A stretch of 64,000 bases of DNA from Gekko japonicus (GCF_001447785.1 NW_015176087.1:30411-94410), one strand, 5' to 3'. Shown: positions 35,128 to 48,396, counted from the stretch's first letter. Program-made: numbers and translations. Notes: generated by a model from the sequence alone, not told the origin.

Positions 35128-37870
35128 GTCCTGATAGGCGAAGAAAGTGCTTTGTTTATTTGTGTGTTACCTGATACTGCAGCTACAAGATACTGCAGTT
35201 TTGTTTGTTTCCAAAAGTTAAAGCAGATTGAGATCAATGAGGCTATCTGGAAACTAGACATGCTACTCATATGTAGGTTCAAAATTCCATGGACTCACTC
35301 ACTGATTAATTAATTAATAATTAATATATATCGTTCAAGCAATAACGGTCTCTAATGTCCATCCAAGATCAAAAGTGATTACATTCACTTATAACATTAC
35401 TTGCTCCTGACTGTATAACCTCTGAAACTTGGGAGAAATATTTTTCCTCCAGTTTTAAAGAGACTTTTAATTTTAACTTTCAGATTGCTCACATTGAGCC
35501 TCCTTTATCTGATCTCTGGCCTCCAGTCTCTCCTTCTGATTGAATGAATGAGCTCAGGTAAAACACCTGGGACAGACTTAATTCCAGTTGACATTACTTG
35601 CTCAAAAAATAGTTTTGGACTTTGAATATAACACTTGCAAGTATCTGCCTTGACACAGTCTCCAGTCCCTTTGTGTTTGAAGGTGAGTACCTGAAGATGA
35701 AATGACTGGCTGATATAAATCTCTCTATGAAAACAGAATATATATCTGCGGAGGGTGGAGAATAGTTTGCTAATAAGTGGGAATGCCAAACCAGCTGGGT
35801 GGACATATGTAAGGGTATGTTAGTATGGAAAGGAATGAAGGAAGTGATAGGGATGCATAGAGATATTGGGTTTATGCATATATTCAGGTATTATGTTTCA
35901 GTTTCCATAATGTCTCCATCACACTGAGGGATGCACACAAGTGAGGTTACCACATGTTGCCAAACACAGTTTTTCATACCATGTTGGCAGAAAAGCTGGG
36001 GAACCATGGTCACTGGTGCAGAAAATGAAAGACTGTTTCTATGGAAATACCATGGTAGCATAATGGGTTGCATCGTGAGGAATAAAATACTGAGAGATAA
36101 AAAGTTGGCTGGATCCAATCAGCTTTTCCACTTGTGAAAAAGGGAGCAGAAGTGTTCTTTGACCACCCAAAAACACTATGCTGGGGATCATGGGACAAAT
36201 GCCATATGGCAGAAGAATTGGGCAGGATTCTGCCCAGTGACTATGTGATGCTAAAGGCAAGCATGAAGCCTTACTCAAACAGTCCAAACAAGAGATTGTA
36301 AGCCTATTTCATTCCCAAGTATGTCCCCTTCATAGCTAGTTTTCAACATTTAGGTAGCATATTTCATATGGTCCGACTTCTTCCATGCATGATTTTAGTA
36401 ATGATCACAAGAACATTATAAATTAGGCTTAAAGGGCAGGTAAGAAGGAAGGATGCTTAACCTGAGAGAAGAATAGTAGATCATGTCTTTACCAAGTTGC
36501 AATTTCATACACTAGATTTTTCAAAGAAGATAGATATTGGATGACAATGGATAAGGATAGATAAGGAGATCAATGACAGAGTTTTACCTTTCAGGGAGGC
36601 ACTTTCAGTCTTTCGTATTTGATGTCTCCTTTTCATAAAGGTATACCCAAAAGCTGACAGTGGATTCCATGTCTATCCACATCTTCTGCAATAATTCTCT
36701 CTTTGAATTCATAGGAAATGCATACTTTGTGGGAAAGGACTTTTTAATATATACATATATGTATCCATTCTGCCCTGTTCTTGGGGATGTTCACCATATA
36801 TGCCAGAAGAGTTCAGTAACAGAGGTCCCAAGAGAAATTATTCCTATTTGTAGACTGCAATTACTTTCTAATAAAAAAGTATTCCCTGGATTATGTGCCC
36901 ATAGGAGTGATCTTCTAATTCAGAAAGTGAATAAGCATCATACTCCACCCTTTCCACTACCAGACATTTAACTTATGATGTTTGCATTGAAAGAATTGGT
37001 GTTTCTTTTAAGAAAATCAACATTTCTAATTATAAAAGTCAGTGGTCATTGGTGTTCCCTAAATGGGCACATGGATAATTTTATACCTGGCAATGTACTC
37101 TCCAAACCCCATTCCACCCCCCATTTTTTTTCTATTGAAAACTATTGTTAACTATTGTTAACTCTGGGAGGTATAAAAAAACTAGGCATTTCAAATTTGC
37201 CCCCAGATTTAGGATGATCATGGGAGTTGTAGTGCCAAACATGAAGGGAACTGGAGCATCCTGGCCTGGGTTATGTCTCGAAGCCCCCAATGTGATTTGC
37301 AATAAAAGCTCAGGCTGACTATGGCAGGCATAAATGACACACGAGGCCAAACTGGGTGGATGATGAAACAGACATGCAATGGGAAGACAGATGAAGGAGG
37401 TTAATCATTTTAGCCAACTGATGAGAGTTGCAGTGCCTAGAATTAGGGGAATAGGAATTTGCAACAGAAGTAAAAGTTTCCTTGCAAGAATCCAGGAATC
37501 ACATAGATCAAGTCCCTGCAGGATTTATAACAATTCTACAGGGCCTATAAGCTGGAGCTCTTCCACCAAGCTTTTAGTTGAGGCAGTGGATGTCCCCCAC
37601 CCCTTCTGGCTGGCCTCCTATCAGTGGCTAGGATTCAATTAGCTACTTGGGAACCCACATTCTTATCCCATTTTAATTGCTGAAATATCTAATTAGATTT
37701 TTCATGGCATTTTATCATTATGTGCTGTTTAAATCTGTGGTTTAAATTGTATTCTATATTGTATTGATACTCTTGGAACCCACCCTGAGCCTGCTTTGGA
37801 GAAGGGTAGGATACAACTCCAATAAAATAAATAAATAAATAAACAAATAAATAAACATTGTGGCCCAGGT

Positions 37871-38443
37871 TACATAAGAACATAAGAGATGCCAATGTTG
37901 GATCAGGCCAAAGGCCCATCCAGTCCAACACTCTGTATCACACAGTGGCCAGAAATACCAGTGCCATCAGGAGGTCCACCAGTGGGGCCAGGACATTAGA
38001 AGCCCTCCCACTGTTGACCCCCCCAAGCACCATGATGACAGAGCATCACTTGCCCCAGAGTCCCTATCTATACCTTGTGGCTAATAGCCACTGATGGACC
38101 TCTGCTCCATATGCTTATCTAATTCCCTTTTGAAGCCGTCCATGCTTGTAGCCGCCACCACTTCCTGTGGCAGTGAATTCCAAGTGTTAATCACTGTTTG
38201 GGTGAAGAAGTACTTCCTTTTATCCGTTCTAACCTGACCGCTCAGCAATTTCATGGAGTGCCCACGAGTTCTTGTATTGTGAGAAAGGGAGAAAAGTACC
38301 TCTTTCTCTACCTGCTCTTTCCCATGTATAATCTTATAAACCTCAGTCATGTCACCCCTCAGTCGTCGTTTCTCCAAGCTAAAGAGCCCTAAGCGCCTTA
38401 ACCTTTCCTCATAGGGAAAGTGTTCCAACCCTTTTATCATTCG
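37871..38443 (-). mobile_element. CR1 LINE 3' end
   Basis: YEERLRRLGLFSLEKRRLRGD..RTRGHSMKL..FFTQTVINTWNSLP, plus the 3'UTR ending ttcttatg repeats. Confidence 0.93.
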
Positions 38444-38849
38444 ATAAACCACCCATCCCCATGCATTTTGCAATGTTGGGCATAACTCATCAGAAAATAA
38501 AGCAACTCATTGGAAAACTGGCCACCAGCTTCACTATAACAGTAGAAGTTGTAGTGCTAAGAATAACCAGCCATAAACTGGTTCTATTATTAGAGAGTTA
38601 ACATGGAATATTTCCTTCAAGAGTTGATAAGTAGTAATTGATAAGAATTGGGATTGCTACACGCTCAGATAAAGCAAATATTGTAAAATGAATTGTTCAT
38701 TGTGCAGTATTCATTAGTGTGTGAGCGATAATAGAAGAAAAATTTCTACTGAATTACTACAGTAAACGTTTTTGCAACTTATCTTTATTGACTCATCATT
38801 ATTTTTGTCATGGATGTTGTTTTTGGAATTCCACTTCCTCCCGTGATCT

Positions 38850-39200
38850 CTCATTTTGGGATTTCAGCTCTCAGAACTACTCCAGAAACACACTGAGTAA
38901 CTCCTAAGATAATGTGCAGGAACCTTAGTAGTGGTTTATCGATATTGTCTGTTACTGCTCTAATCTGGACCCCAGCAGCATAGAACATCTGCCCAATGAC
39001 TTTAGTGGTGAATACTTTAAAGGCCCATCCAGTCCAAATATATTGGCCCCCAGAGGAATAGTAGAATCTTGAGATGGCCTTCCAGGTATTCAAAAGCAAC
39101 TCTTATAACAAGCAGGTGCACCTTCCAAGAAAAATTTGCTTGAAAAATAAGTCCCAAATATTTGAAATGTTCCTTCTGCTTCACAACAAGATGTGTCAAT
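38850..39200 (-). mobile_element. LINE RT fragment (RTE-X-like)
   Basis: EHFKYLGLIFQANFSWKVH..KAISRFYYSSGGQ. Same family as 41170-42210. Confidence 0.7.
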
Positions 39201-39523
39201 GATCATAATTGACTGGAACACAAAACTAGAATCAAATATTGTTATGAGATATGGGCTAGGAGTATGAAACAAAGCAGGAGAATGACCACAAGGTGGATAT
39301 ATCTGGATCCCTATGTGTCACCCATCTCAACATTTTCATACAAAATCCAAATATTTTCTTGTACTTGAGAGAGACCAAAGAGCTTTTATTCTGTTCTTGC
39401 TATCTATGTTATTTCTACTCATTTTTTCCTGATCTCAACCACACCTTCTTTGCACATCCTTTGCAATCCTATGTCATTCAACAGCTCAATTTAGTCATAA
39501 TGGCAGAAATCTGATGAAGGAGT

Positions 39524-40257
39524 TGTCAAGAAACTGGTCTCTTTAAGCTGTTTCTTGTTCAATTCAAACAATAGTTCAGACTGACGCCTAGGAAAGATGG
39601 AAGCTCATAGGTGGAAGAAGGTGTTTATTTAATTGAATCCAATGCAGCTGCAGGGTGTTTGGTTTAACTGACAAACCCATCTGATTGGTCATATCACTGG
39701 TTACCAACAGACTTGATTGGACAAGTGACATCATTTGCTATACATTTGATTGGTTAACTAGAATCAGGCCAACACAGGTCATTGAGCATATAGAAAAAAT
39801 GGTTCATTCTAGTTTTGTCTGGATTATATCTGACTTTGGGTCACTTTTTTGTGGGCCATATTGACCGGAAACTTTGTCTTGGTCTTTGGACCACATGGGA
39901 CTCTATCTTCCAGGTGACATCTGGATCTTGAAACAATGCTTGTAAATGTGCTCAGTTTTGATGTAGCTTTATTATTTTTAACTTCACTGTTCACTGCCCT
40001 TTTATCAACTGTTCCTGCACAATTACATAATAAAAGACTTTTCTTATATTTTGTGGTATTCTTGAATTCAACAGGCTTCAATCTGTATCTACTACTTTAA
40101 CCTTTACTGGTTACAGCTACCAGATTAATTGCTTTGTGAAACTTTCTTTGAAAGCATCCCACCTTGCAGGGGTGATTTTCTTGATCTTAGTCCCAGGAGT
40201 GCTGGAGGCTTTGTTCCTTGGTCTCCAGCTGTCTGGGTAGAAAAAGGGCTGGTGACA
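39524..40257 (+). mobile_element. Solo LTR (copy in duplication A)
   Basis: Termini tgtca..tgaca, several gattgg (CCAAT) boxes, AATAAA near 40030. About 150 bp is missing relative to copy B. Confidence 0.75.
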
Positions 40258-40434
40258 GAACTACTCAGCAATGGGAGCACTTACAGTTCAGCATTTTGAT
40301 TTTGTCCTGTTTGACTTGCACCCCTCCAAGTGATCCTGGCTCAGGGGTCCCTTGGCATTAATAGGTGTGCATGTTTCTCTCATGACTTTGATATTATTTC
40401 TCTCATAACATTGATCTCCTGTGTAATCAGACAC

Positions 40435-40670
40435 AGACATACTGTGTTAATTATCAAGTTACGTTTGTTCCAAAAACAGAAGATGTAATATAGCAACAGA
40501 AAATGGTTTCAGTCTGAGACCACAATTAAGTGAGCTGAACTCTTGGGAGTAAGTTGCCAAGCACAGGATATAAATGGATCTTTTTCTCATTTACACAGAG
40601 TTTAGGTTTTGGTTAGACAGAAATTATGAATGTACTTTGTAGCAAGTCCCCCAAGAACATGTAAGGAATT
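40435..40670 (+). promoter_or_regulatory. Candidate OR-5 promoter/first non-coding exon module
   Basis: gttaattatc (homeodomain core), ctcttgggag (O/E-like), gatataaat (TATA-like), then a gtaagg donor near 40661. Homologous modules at ~49450-49690 and ~60880-61080. Confidence 0.45.
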
Positions 40671-41169
40671 AGCAGCTGGAGAAGAAATTGAATCTGATGT
40701 TAACAAGGTTCTTATACATTTTTTCATTGTATCATGTGCTTAGTATTGTTGATGTCTTTTGCTCACAGCTTCCAGAGCTCTCTTCTATCCTGCATTTTTG
40801 TTTATAATTCATGCTACCCATCAATCTAACCATCTGAGCATATGGAATGAAGACCCAATATCTGCAAATCCAGCTACAATCTCAGCAGAAATTGACACAG
40901 GAGATCCCAGGAAGAAAAGAAGAACTACTTGGAATACTGCCTCATCCAGGGTATTCAATCATTTATAAAATTGGACAATCTATAAGTGTGGGTCTTTGTG
41001 TGTACAGGATTTTTGAAGAACAGTGTTCTTTATAGAGAATGCTTTCCCAGGCAATTTGATTGTAATTTGCTTAACAAGGCAAGAGGTAGTTAGATAAAAC
41101 CTTATATCCAGGATTCTAGGTGTGAACTGGATAATTTTAGGGTTTGTTTGTTTGTTTTAGCAGGGGTGG

Positions 41170-42210
41170 ATTTTAAGGTTCTTTTTTGTAAAAAAAAATG
41201 GAAGATAAAGAAATATAAGTGGTTGGTAGCAGGTCAACCTATGGAGCAAGTAGAGCATTTAAAATGTTTAGGAATCACCTTTCAAGCAAATCTTTCCTGG
41301 AAGGTGCACTTGAACTCTGCTGTTAGAGCCACTATGAGTACTGGGAAGGCCATCTCATTATTCCATGGGTGGCCAAAATGTTCCTGCAGCAGTCAAAGTA
41401 TTCAGTGCTAAAGTTGCTGGGCAGATGCTATATGCAGCTGGGGTCTGGATCAGTAACAGCCAATATTAAGTGACCTCTATTAAGATTCCTACCCAATATT
41501 CTAGGAACACCTCAGTGTGTGTCTGGAATAGCCCTGAGAGCCAAAGTTGAGGAGATGTCTTATGAAGCAAAAGCCTGGGGGAAGAGCATTCAATTTGGAA
41601 ATTAGGACTCTAAAATCAAACCCAGATATAAACCTTCTCTGACTAGTTGAGCTGGACCACCACACAAGTGATTGGGACAGATTACTGGACCGTAAACTAT
41701 TATGCCTAGGAATGACCCATGATGTGAAAGAAGTCATGAATAGACAAGAACTGTCACAGCTCATTAGAAGATGTTTGAGAGACCTTGACTATGGAAGCAT
41801 GTTGATTAGAGCCCTTAGAGTGTGCTGAACCTTTTCAGTAGGCAACAACGCCAAACTACTTATCTGAGATAATTATTCCAAAGTATACAAGGCCATTCAT
41901 GCTAGCACACCTGAATGTCCTACCTTCAGTTGTGATGTTAGGAAGATTTAGTGGGACTAAAGATTGACTCTGTAATTGCAGCACCATAAAAATCGATTCT
42001 GTGGATCATATTCTGCTTGATTGTCCCAAATTTTCAGCTCTAAGAGATGAACTGATCTCCCCATTATTTTATCAGGATTTCCTCTCTCCAGAAGCAAAAT
42101 CATCCTGGATGCTTTGAGTCGAAATAAAACAAACTACCGTGTGTTGGGCAAAATTTCTAGCACCTATTGTCAAATCACATACAAACTTTTGTGGTAGCAA
42201 CCTTTAAGTT
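41170..42210 (+). mobile_element. LINE ORF2 3' portion (RTE-X-like), degraded
   Basis: MEQVEHLKCLGITFQ..SWKVH and C-terminal LCNC..DSVDHILLDCPKF (Cys/His motif). The paralogous part at 50180-50940 is partly deleted. Confidence 0.7.
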
Positions 42211-42981
42211 CTTTCATGTTTTCCTGTGGAATGAGGTTTATTGTGGGATGAGGTTTGCTGATTATGACACTGGTTTCAAAAACAGTAAAGACAATAATTA
42301 AATATAGGGGTGGATCTTAATATTACATTGGCAGTTGCCAAGTTATCTCAATAGATTAAAATTAAAAATCACTAAATTTTAATATTATATAGACACATGT
42401 ATTAAATAAATTTCTTTTTTTTTAGTTTTAGTGTGACACTGTCAAAGCCAAATAGGCTATACAAGCAGTATTGTTAAAGTAAAGAGAAACAGTATTCAAG
42501 TTACTTCTTCCCATCATCTATTTGAAAGTGTTGCATTGAGGACAGATCCTGGTTAAAAATAAAAGTTACATCAAAACCTTTAAGTATAGAATAAGAGTGT
42601 GGATTGGTGCTCAGGGACGTATCCACTACCCCAGTTTCCATGAATAGATCATTTTGTATGCACAATGTCAATGCATGCACAAGTTACAGACACATACAGT
42701 CACTTTGTGAAGTTTGAGATAGTTTCAGATCTAGTGGCCAGAATCTATAAGCATGGAACTTGTATGAGTTTAGGTCACTGCAATGTAATATAAGGAGGTT
42801 TGTTTGACAACAGCAGGGGAGAATATTTCATTTTTCCTACATTCAATTCAATGCTAGGCTGTCTCTTAAACTTAGATGGTGAAACAAGGAAGCCAGACCA
42901 ATTGTTAATTGACATTACTGGAATAAAATGGTTTCTCTAATATGTCCTACAGACAGATTACAGCTGGATATTGAAGACACA

Positions 42982-43947
42982 ATGCCCAACCTTACCTCCA
43001 CATCGGAATTTCTGCTCCTGGAATTTTCAGACATCCGAGAACTACAGATCTTACATTTCTTTGTCTTCTTAGCAGTGTACTTGACTGCAGTGACTGGCAA
43101 TCTTCTCATCATCATTGCTGTAGCTTTTGATCATCACCTGCACACCCCCATGTACTTTTTTCTCCTGAACCTGGCACTTCTGGATCTTGGCTTGGTTTCT
43201 GTCATGGTACCCAAAGCGATGGCCAATTCCCTCCTGAACACCAGGTCCATTTCTTTTTCTGCATGTGTAGCTCAGGTTTTCTTCCACTTGTTCCTTGAAG
43301 GGTCAGATCTTGCCATCTTAACAATAATGGCACATGATCGGTATGTCGCTATCTGCAATCCATTGCAATATGAGACAATCATGCACAGAGAAGCCTGCAT
43401 TCAGATGGCAGCCAGTGCATGGATTGCAGGTATACTCCTTGGTATATTGCACAGTGGAGGAACTTTTGCCATCACCTTCTGCTCCAACAGGATCAATCAG
43501 TTCTTCTGTGAAGTTCCACAGATTATAAAACTCTCCTGTTCCGACATGTATCTAATTGAAGTTGGTATTATGGTGTTTGGCAGTTTCCTTGGACTCGGAT
43601 GCTGCATCTTCATAATTTTCTCCTACATGCAGATTTTTGCCGCAGTGCGCAGAATCCCTTCTGTTCATGGTCAGAAAAAGGCCCTCTCCACTTGCCTTCC
43701 ACACCTCACTGTGGTGTTTTTGCTTGTATTTAGTAGCATCTTTGCCTACTTGAGGCCTCGCAGTCGCACTTCATCTGACCAGAATGTTCTTTTTGCAATA
43801 ATTTATGCTATTCTCCCTCCCTTGCTCAATCCATTCATCTACAGTATGAGAAACAAAGAACTCAAGACTGCATTGTTGAAGCTCTCTAATTTGGGGCGTT
43901 TTTCAAAAATAATTGCAAGCAAAGCTTTTCTCCAAAAGCCGCATTGA
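42982..43947 (+). CDS. Olfactory receptor, class II, OR14-like (OR-5), 321 aa from MPNLT
   Basis: LHTPMYFFL, MAHDRYVAICNPLQY, FFCEVPQI, KALSTC, PLLNPFIYSMRNKE. Start taken at the second Met (42982) because a splice acceptor (ctacag, AG 42951-42952) lies between the two ATGs. Confidence 0.95.
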   Translation: MPNLTSTSEFLLLEFSDIRELQILHFFVFLAVYLTAVTGNLLIIIAVAFDHHLHTPMYFFLLNLALLDLGLVSVMVPKAMANSLLNTRSISFSACVAQVFFHLFLEGSDLAILTIMAHDRYVAICNPLQYETIMHREACIQMAASAWIAGILLGILHSGGTFAITFCSNRINQFFCEVPQIIKLSCSDMYLIEVGIMVFGSFLGLGCCIFIIFSYMQIFAAVRRIPSVHGQKKALSTCLPHLTVVFLLVFSSIFAYLRPRSRTSSDQNVLFAIIYAILPPLLNPFIYSMRNKELKTALLKLSNLGRFSKIIASKAFLQKPH

Positions 43948-44535
43948 ATAATCTTGTGCAGAGATTTTTTTTTTACCTCAAATATAGTAGAGTAGAAAGA
44001 CTATGTTGACTTTTTGGAAGCACTTCGGAAGATGCTGAAAGAGGTGAGGGCCAGTTCCATGTTTTGATGGTCCTTGGGCAAAGAGTGCTCAAGAGCCCCC
44101 CCCACTCTTATGTTCATTACCATGACCTCATTTACCTCCAACCTGCCTGTGTATCCTTTGCCTACCTGCTCCCAACCACTACCACAGCCATCTGCATGGT
44201 CTTTCCTTAATAGCACCATGAGGTGTGTGTGTCTGGGAGTGTCACTATCTGCAAACTCTTTCCTGGGAGTGCATCCCAGGTAGCTGAGAGCATCAGAGAT
44301 GAAATGCTTGCAAGCAGTTGGGCAAAGGAAGGGCTCTCAGGATGCTGGCAGAGGAGGTGTGTGGGCAGGGTACTGGGTCCAGTGGCAGTGAGCCCCCCAG
44401 AAGCCCAGGGCCCTGGCAGATGCCCCACCTCTGATGCCAACCCTGATAGTAGAAGTTTTGGGTTTCCCATTCTCCTCTGTGGGAGCTGAATATGTTGGGG
44501 CTTTCATATAGAATGGGATGCATCCCAAACAAGTA

Positions 44536-44673
44536 CCGTGTTTCCCCGAAAATAAGACACTGTCTTATATTTATTTTTTTCTCAAGAAGACACACTAGGG
44601 CTTATACCACAAATGCATAGAAATCCTGCTAGGGCTTATTTTTGGGTTAGGTCTTATTTTTGGGGAAACAGGG
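44536..44673. mobile_element. Tc1/pogo-like MITE (copy A only)
   Basis: TIRs ccgtgtttccccgaaaataagac / gtcttatttttggggaaacaggg at a TA site. Empty site aagTAactgc at 53621-53630. Confidence 0.85.
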
Positions 44674-44788
44674 TGACTGCAGTGAGGAGGAGGACGATTT
44701 CTGGAACACCCCACCTACCTTTGGTGCTGCTGGGGCTTCTGCATCTCTTAGAAGGCTTTTCGTGCTGACAAAAATAGGTCACAGGTCC

Positions 44789-44991
44789 NNNNNNNNNNNN
44801 NNNNNNNNNNNNNNNNNNNNNNNNNNNNNNNNNNNNNNNNNNNNNNNNNNNNNNNNNNNNNNNNNNNNNNNNNNNNNNNNNNNNNNNNNNNNNNNNNNNN
44901 NNNNNNNNNNNNNNNNNNNNNNNNNNNNNNNNNNNNNNNNNNNNNNNNNNNNNNNNNNNNNNNNNNNNNNNNNNNNNNNNNNNNNNNNNNN
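44789..44991. other. Assembly gap (others at 49337-49394, 52967-53061, 53246-53422, 62892-63287)
   Basis: N-runs. Confidence 0.99.
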
Positions 44992-46486
44992 ACATTTAAA
45001 ATTGTTAGTCCATATTTCCTTTGGTTTGCTATTTTTCAGTCTTTCAAGAAAGTACAAAACAGGACACAGGACATTTACTGGAGGGAGAAATCACAAATCC
45101 ATGTGCTTTTTAAAAATTAAAATAGGAAACAAAAATGTGTTCATCTGAACCTAGTGTATTTCATGCTGATCAAATCCTTCCTTGTATTCAGGAAGGAATA
45201 TAGATCAATCAGATATGTATCTGTAATGTATGGTCCATTTTCTATTGGCATGCAGTGGCAACGGTTTCAGCCTCAGATCTGGGAGGCCTGGGTTCAAATC
45301 CCTAGTCTTCCTGTATGGCCTTGGGCTGGTCACTCTCTCTCAGCTTATCCTACCCCCCAGGGCTTTGAGGGAATAAAGTGAAGAAGGGGGAAACAATGTA
45401 TGTCACATGAGCTTCCTGGGGCAAGGTTGGGATAGAAATGTAGTAAACTCAACTTAACAATGCTTTACTGCTACTGGTAAAATAAAGATTTTCTCAATAA
45501 ATGTCTCCAATATTATTTTTAATTATATATGCACAGTGTACTGTGAAACCCCAGCTACAGAAATTATATACATTTACAGGAGGAAGATAAGGGGGCATGC
45601 CACCATTTGGAGTGTCAGCTCCATGTTCTTACAGCGATTTCTGAGCTTCACTGTCAAAACTAATGTCGAGTTCAAATAGGTTGTCCTCATGGTCCCATGC
45701 TAAAATTCATGAAAGTTTACCTCAGATGTCTAATCTCTTAGGCTGAAGACCTATTTTTTGTTGTTTCAAATCAACCTACAATATATAGTTTCATAAATTA
45801 ATAATGTTTAATCTACACACACACAGTAAAAAAACAACATTCTATCTCACAACAAAGTATGTTTTAAAGTTCTGGGTGTCTTAATATTGTAAAACATGTT
45901 GACCTCTCACGCACAAGCCAACAAAAATGGTGGGAGACTTTTTTTTTAACCATGAGATATTTGGGAAATTTTGCTTGGGTAAAAATATACCCCATGCAAT
46001 ATGTAATATTTTTTTAATATGGTTTGAGGTTTAACTCCTAATAACACTGTGAGGTTGTAGTTGCTACCCAAGTTGTACTTATTTGGCAAAATGCAATGGT
46101 AAGTGTCTCTAGAGCCTTTCCTTCTTTGAACATTGTCACCTGTACAGCAGTGAACACTATCTCTACTAGGGATGGGCACAAACTGGGAAAATTGACGTTT
46201 GTTTTGGTTTGTGGTTTGTGAGGTCACACAAGTCACAAACCTTCACAGAATTTCCCATTCACTGAACGGGTTTGGTTCATGAGATTTGTGATAGTAGGAC
46301 CCCCCCCCCGCCAATGCTGCAGGTTCAGGAGTGTGTTGAATGCCCCCTGATAAGCTAGAGGCACAAACTTGTGAAGGACCTCCCTGGTAAGCCCCTCTAT
46401 CTGCCCTCCAAGTTGTGTGCAGATTGGCTTGTGGTCCAAAGTGCAAAAGGGGACAGGTCTAGTGTAGGAGGGAGGTAAGAAGTTGT

Positions 46487-46603
46487 AATGTAAGAACATA
46501 AGAGAAGCCAGTGTTGGATCAGGCCAATGGCCCATCTAGTCCAACACTCTGTCACACAGTGGCCAAAAATACCAGGTGCCATCAGGAGGTCCAGCAGTGG
46601 GGC
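46487..46603 (-). mobile_element. CR1 3'UTR fragment (copy A only)
   Basis: Matches 37875-37990. Absent at the paralogous site ~58860. Confidence 0.8.
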
Positions 46604-47369
46604 CAAGACAAGGTGTGGTGTTCTGAGGAAATCACAGCTGCATGTCTAGGACTTTGGAGTGTATAGAATGGAACCCCTGCACTCCAGAGGCATAAAACCT
46701 GCAGCAGACCTCCATGGGGAGCTTTCTTATTGGTGGCCAGCCCTGCCTGTCACACTTGGGAGGTCTACTATTGGTGTTTCCAGGCCTGCAGAAGGGCTGC
46801 AGAAGTACATTTCCCAATTGCTTTGAAAATAAATTGATTGGGGCCAACATGTCTGCTGCATGACTCGGCACAAATTGCATGAACCTCCATGAAAACCATG
46901 GAGGTTCATGGAAGGGTCACTGCAGGTGCAATTGCATGACCCCCTGCTTGCAAACCGCAAACCGGGCAAATTTTGTGATGAATTTAATGTTGAGGATCCT
47001 TCCAATCCGTAGTCACTACAGTACAGCCACATCACTCACAAATTACTGTCTATTTTAAAAAACAACCAACCAAAAAACCCCACAAACCCCGAGGTAGAAA
47101 ACAACCCAGGACTTGTATGTTAGCATAGTTTTTGTGCCCCATGAGTTTATTATCCAGGGAGCAATATTTGAGTTCTCTAGAGAGATATAGCCCATCATGA
47201 CAACATGAAACCCTTCCAAAAATGTGGAGAATACTTGTGTCACCACAGAACAATAGATTTGTGATGTAGATACAAGGTACAAACATGGGAAATTATTATT
47301 TTAGATGTTTTTCTTTAACTGTGTTTTCAGTATTATTTTTTCCCATTTTGCGAAGTGAACCTATGATTA

Positions 47370-47625
47370 CATAAGAATATAACAGATGCCAATGTTGGAC
47401 CAGGCCAAAGGCTCATCCAGTCCAACACTCTGTCACACAGTGGCCAAAAATACCAGGAGCCATCAGGAGGTCCACCAGTGGGGCCAGGACATTAGAAGAC
47501 CTCCCACTGTTGACCCCCCCCCAAGAACCAAGAAGCACCAGGTGAACATCACTTGCCCTAGAGTCCCTACCTATACTTTGTGGCTAATAGCCACTGATGG
47601 ACCTCTGCTCCATATGCTTATCTAA
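47370..47625 (-). mobile_element. CR1 3' fragment (copy A only)
   Basis: Matches 37873-38122. TSD atgatta at 47363-47369 and 47626-47632. Empty site ~59632. Confidence 0.88.
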
Positions 47626-48089
47626 ATGATTATTTAGTTTTGTAATGTTTGCTGTTTCCTCACAGCAAATTATTGCATTACAGTTCTGCATGTTGACTAT
47701 TTTCTAGTCATCAGTAACTTAGAATAATGAATTGGATCCAGATGTCAGCCAGCAGAAGATGCTGTCAGATATAGTTCTTTGGCACATTCTTCATCCCACT
47801 AGTCCCTTCTGATGGAGGAAGGGTCATTCCCTTGGTCATGATCCACCTAGTAAAGACTAATAGCTGTGCATGTTAAAGGTGCAGTACAGAGAAGGAGGTA
47901 GACGTACATTGCTTCTCTTCCTTTTAAAACATTAGGAGAACTGCACCACCAGAAGAGATACGAGCAGGGGTCTTTTGGGGGCCGGAGCACTCCGGAGCAC
48001 CGTTCCGGGAGTCCAGGAGCTGGCAAAATGGCAGTGGCAGCAAGCCCCAGCTCCCTGCACTGCGGCCCGTTGTCGACTTCCCAGGGCCC

Positions 48090-48370
48090 GCAGGTACAAA
48101 CCAACAGACTCCACCCTCCAAACCAACCATTCCCTTCTGGGGAACCATCGTTGCCTGTCTCCAGGTGAGGGCTGGTGATCACTCAAAATTACAACTGTTC
48201 TTTAGGTATCAGAGATCAGTTCCTCTGGAGAAAATGGTGGATTCAGTGTCATTATACCCTGCTGAGGTCGCCACAGCAAATTGACACTGAGTGTCCAAGG
48301 CCGGGGCACCCGCCCAGAGCCTCTTTCTAGAGGCTGTTGTATTTATTTCCACAACGGGCCTTTTTCCTAG
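48090..48370 (+). mobile_element. Helitron-like element 3' portion
   Basis: Ends gctgttgt..acaacgggc-ctttttc-CTAG|T. The paralogous empty site is gtcA|Taatgg (39497/39498), the canonical A|T target with no TSD. Confidence 0.7.
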
Positions 48371-48396
48371 TAATGGAATAAATCTGATATAGTAGT

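Larger units (their letters stand above)
39498..47963 (+). repeat. Tandem segmental duplication, copy A (contains OR-5)
   Basis: Colinear, clearly homologous sequence with 48371-59970 from taatgg..aaatctgat to ..cagaagagatacgag. Confidence 0.92.

Noticed and set aside
42928-42981. 18-aa N-terminal extension of OR-5 (and 52368-52421 of OR-6)
   Set aside because: The upstream ATG lies 5' of a splice acceptor found at the same distance in all six ORs. MPNLT gives the normal sequon position.
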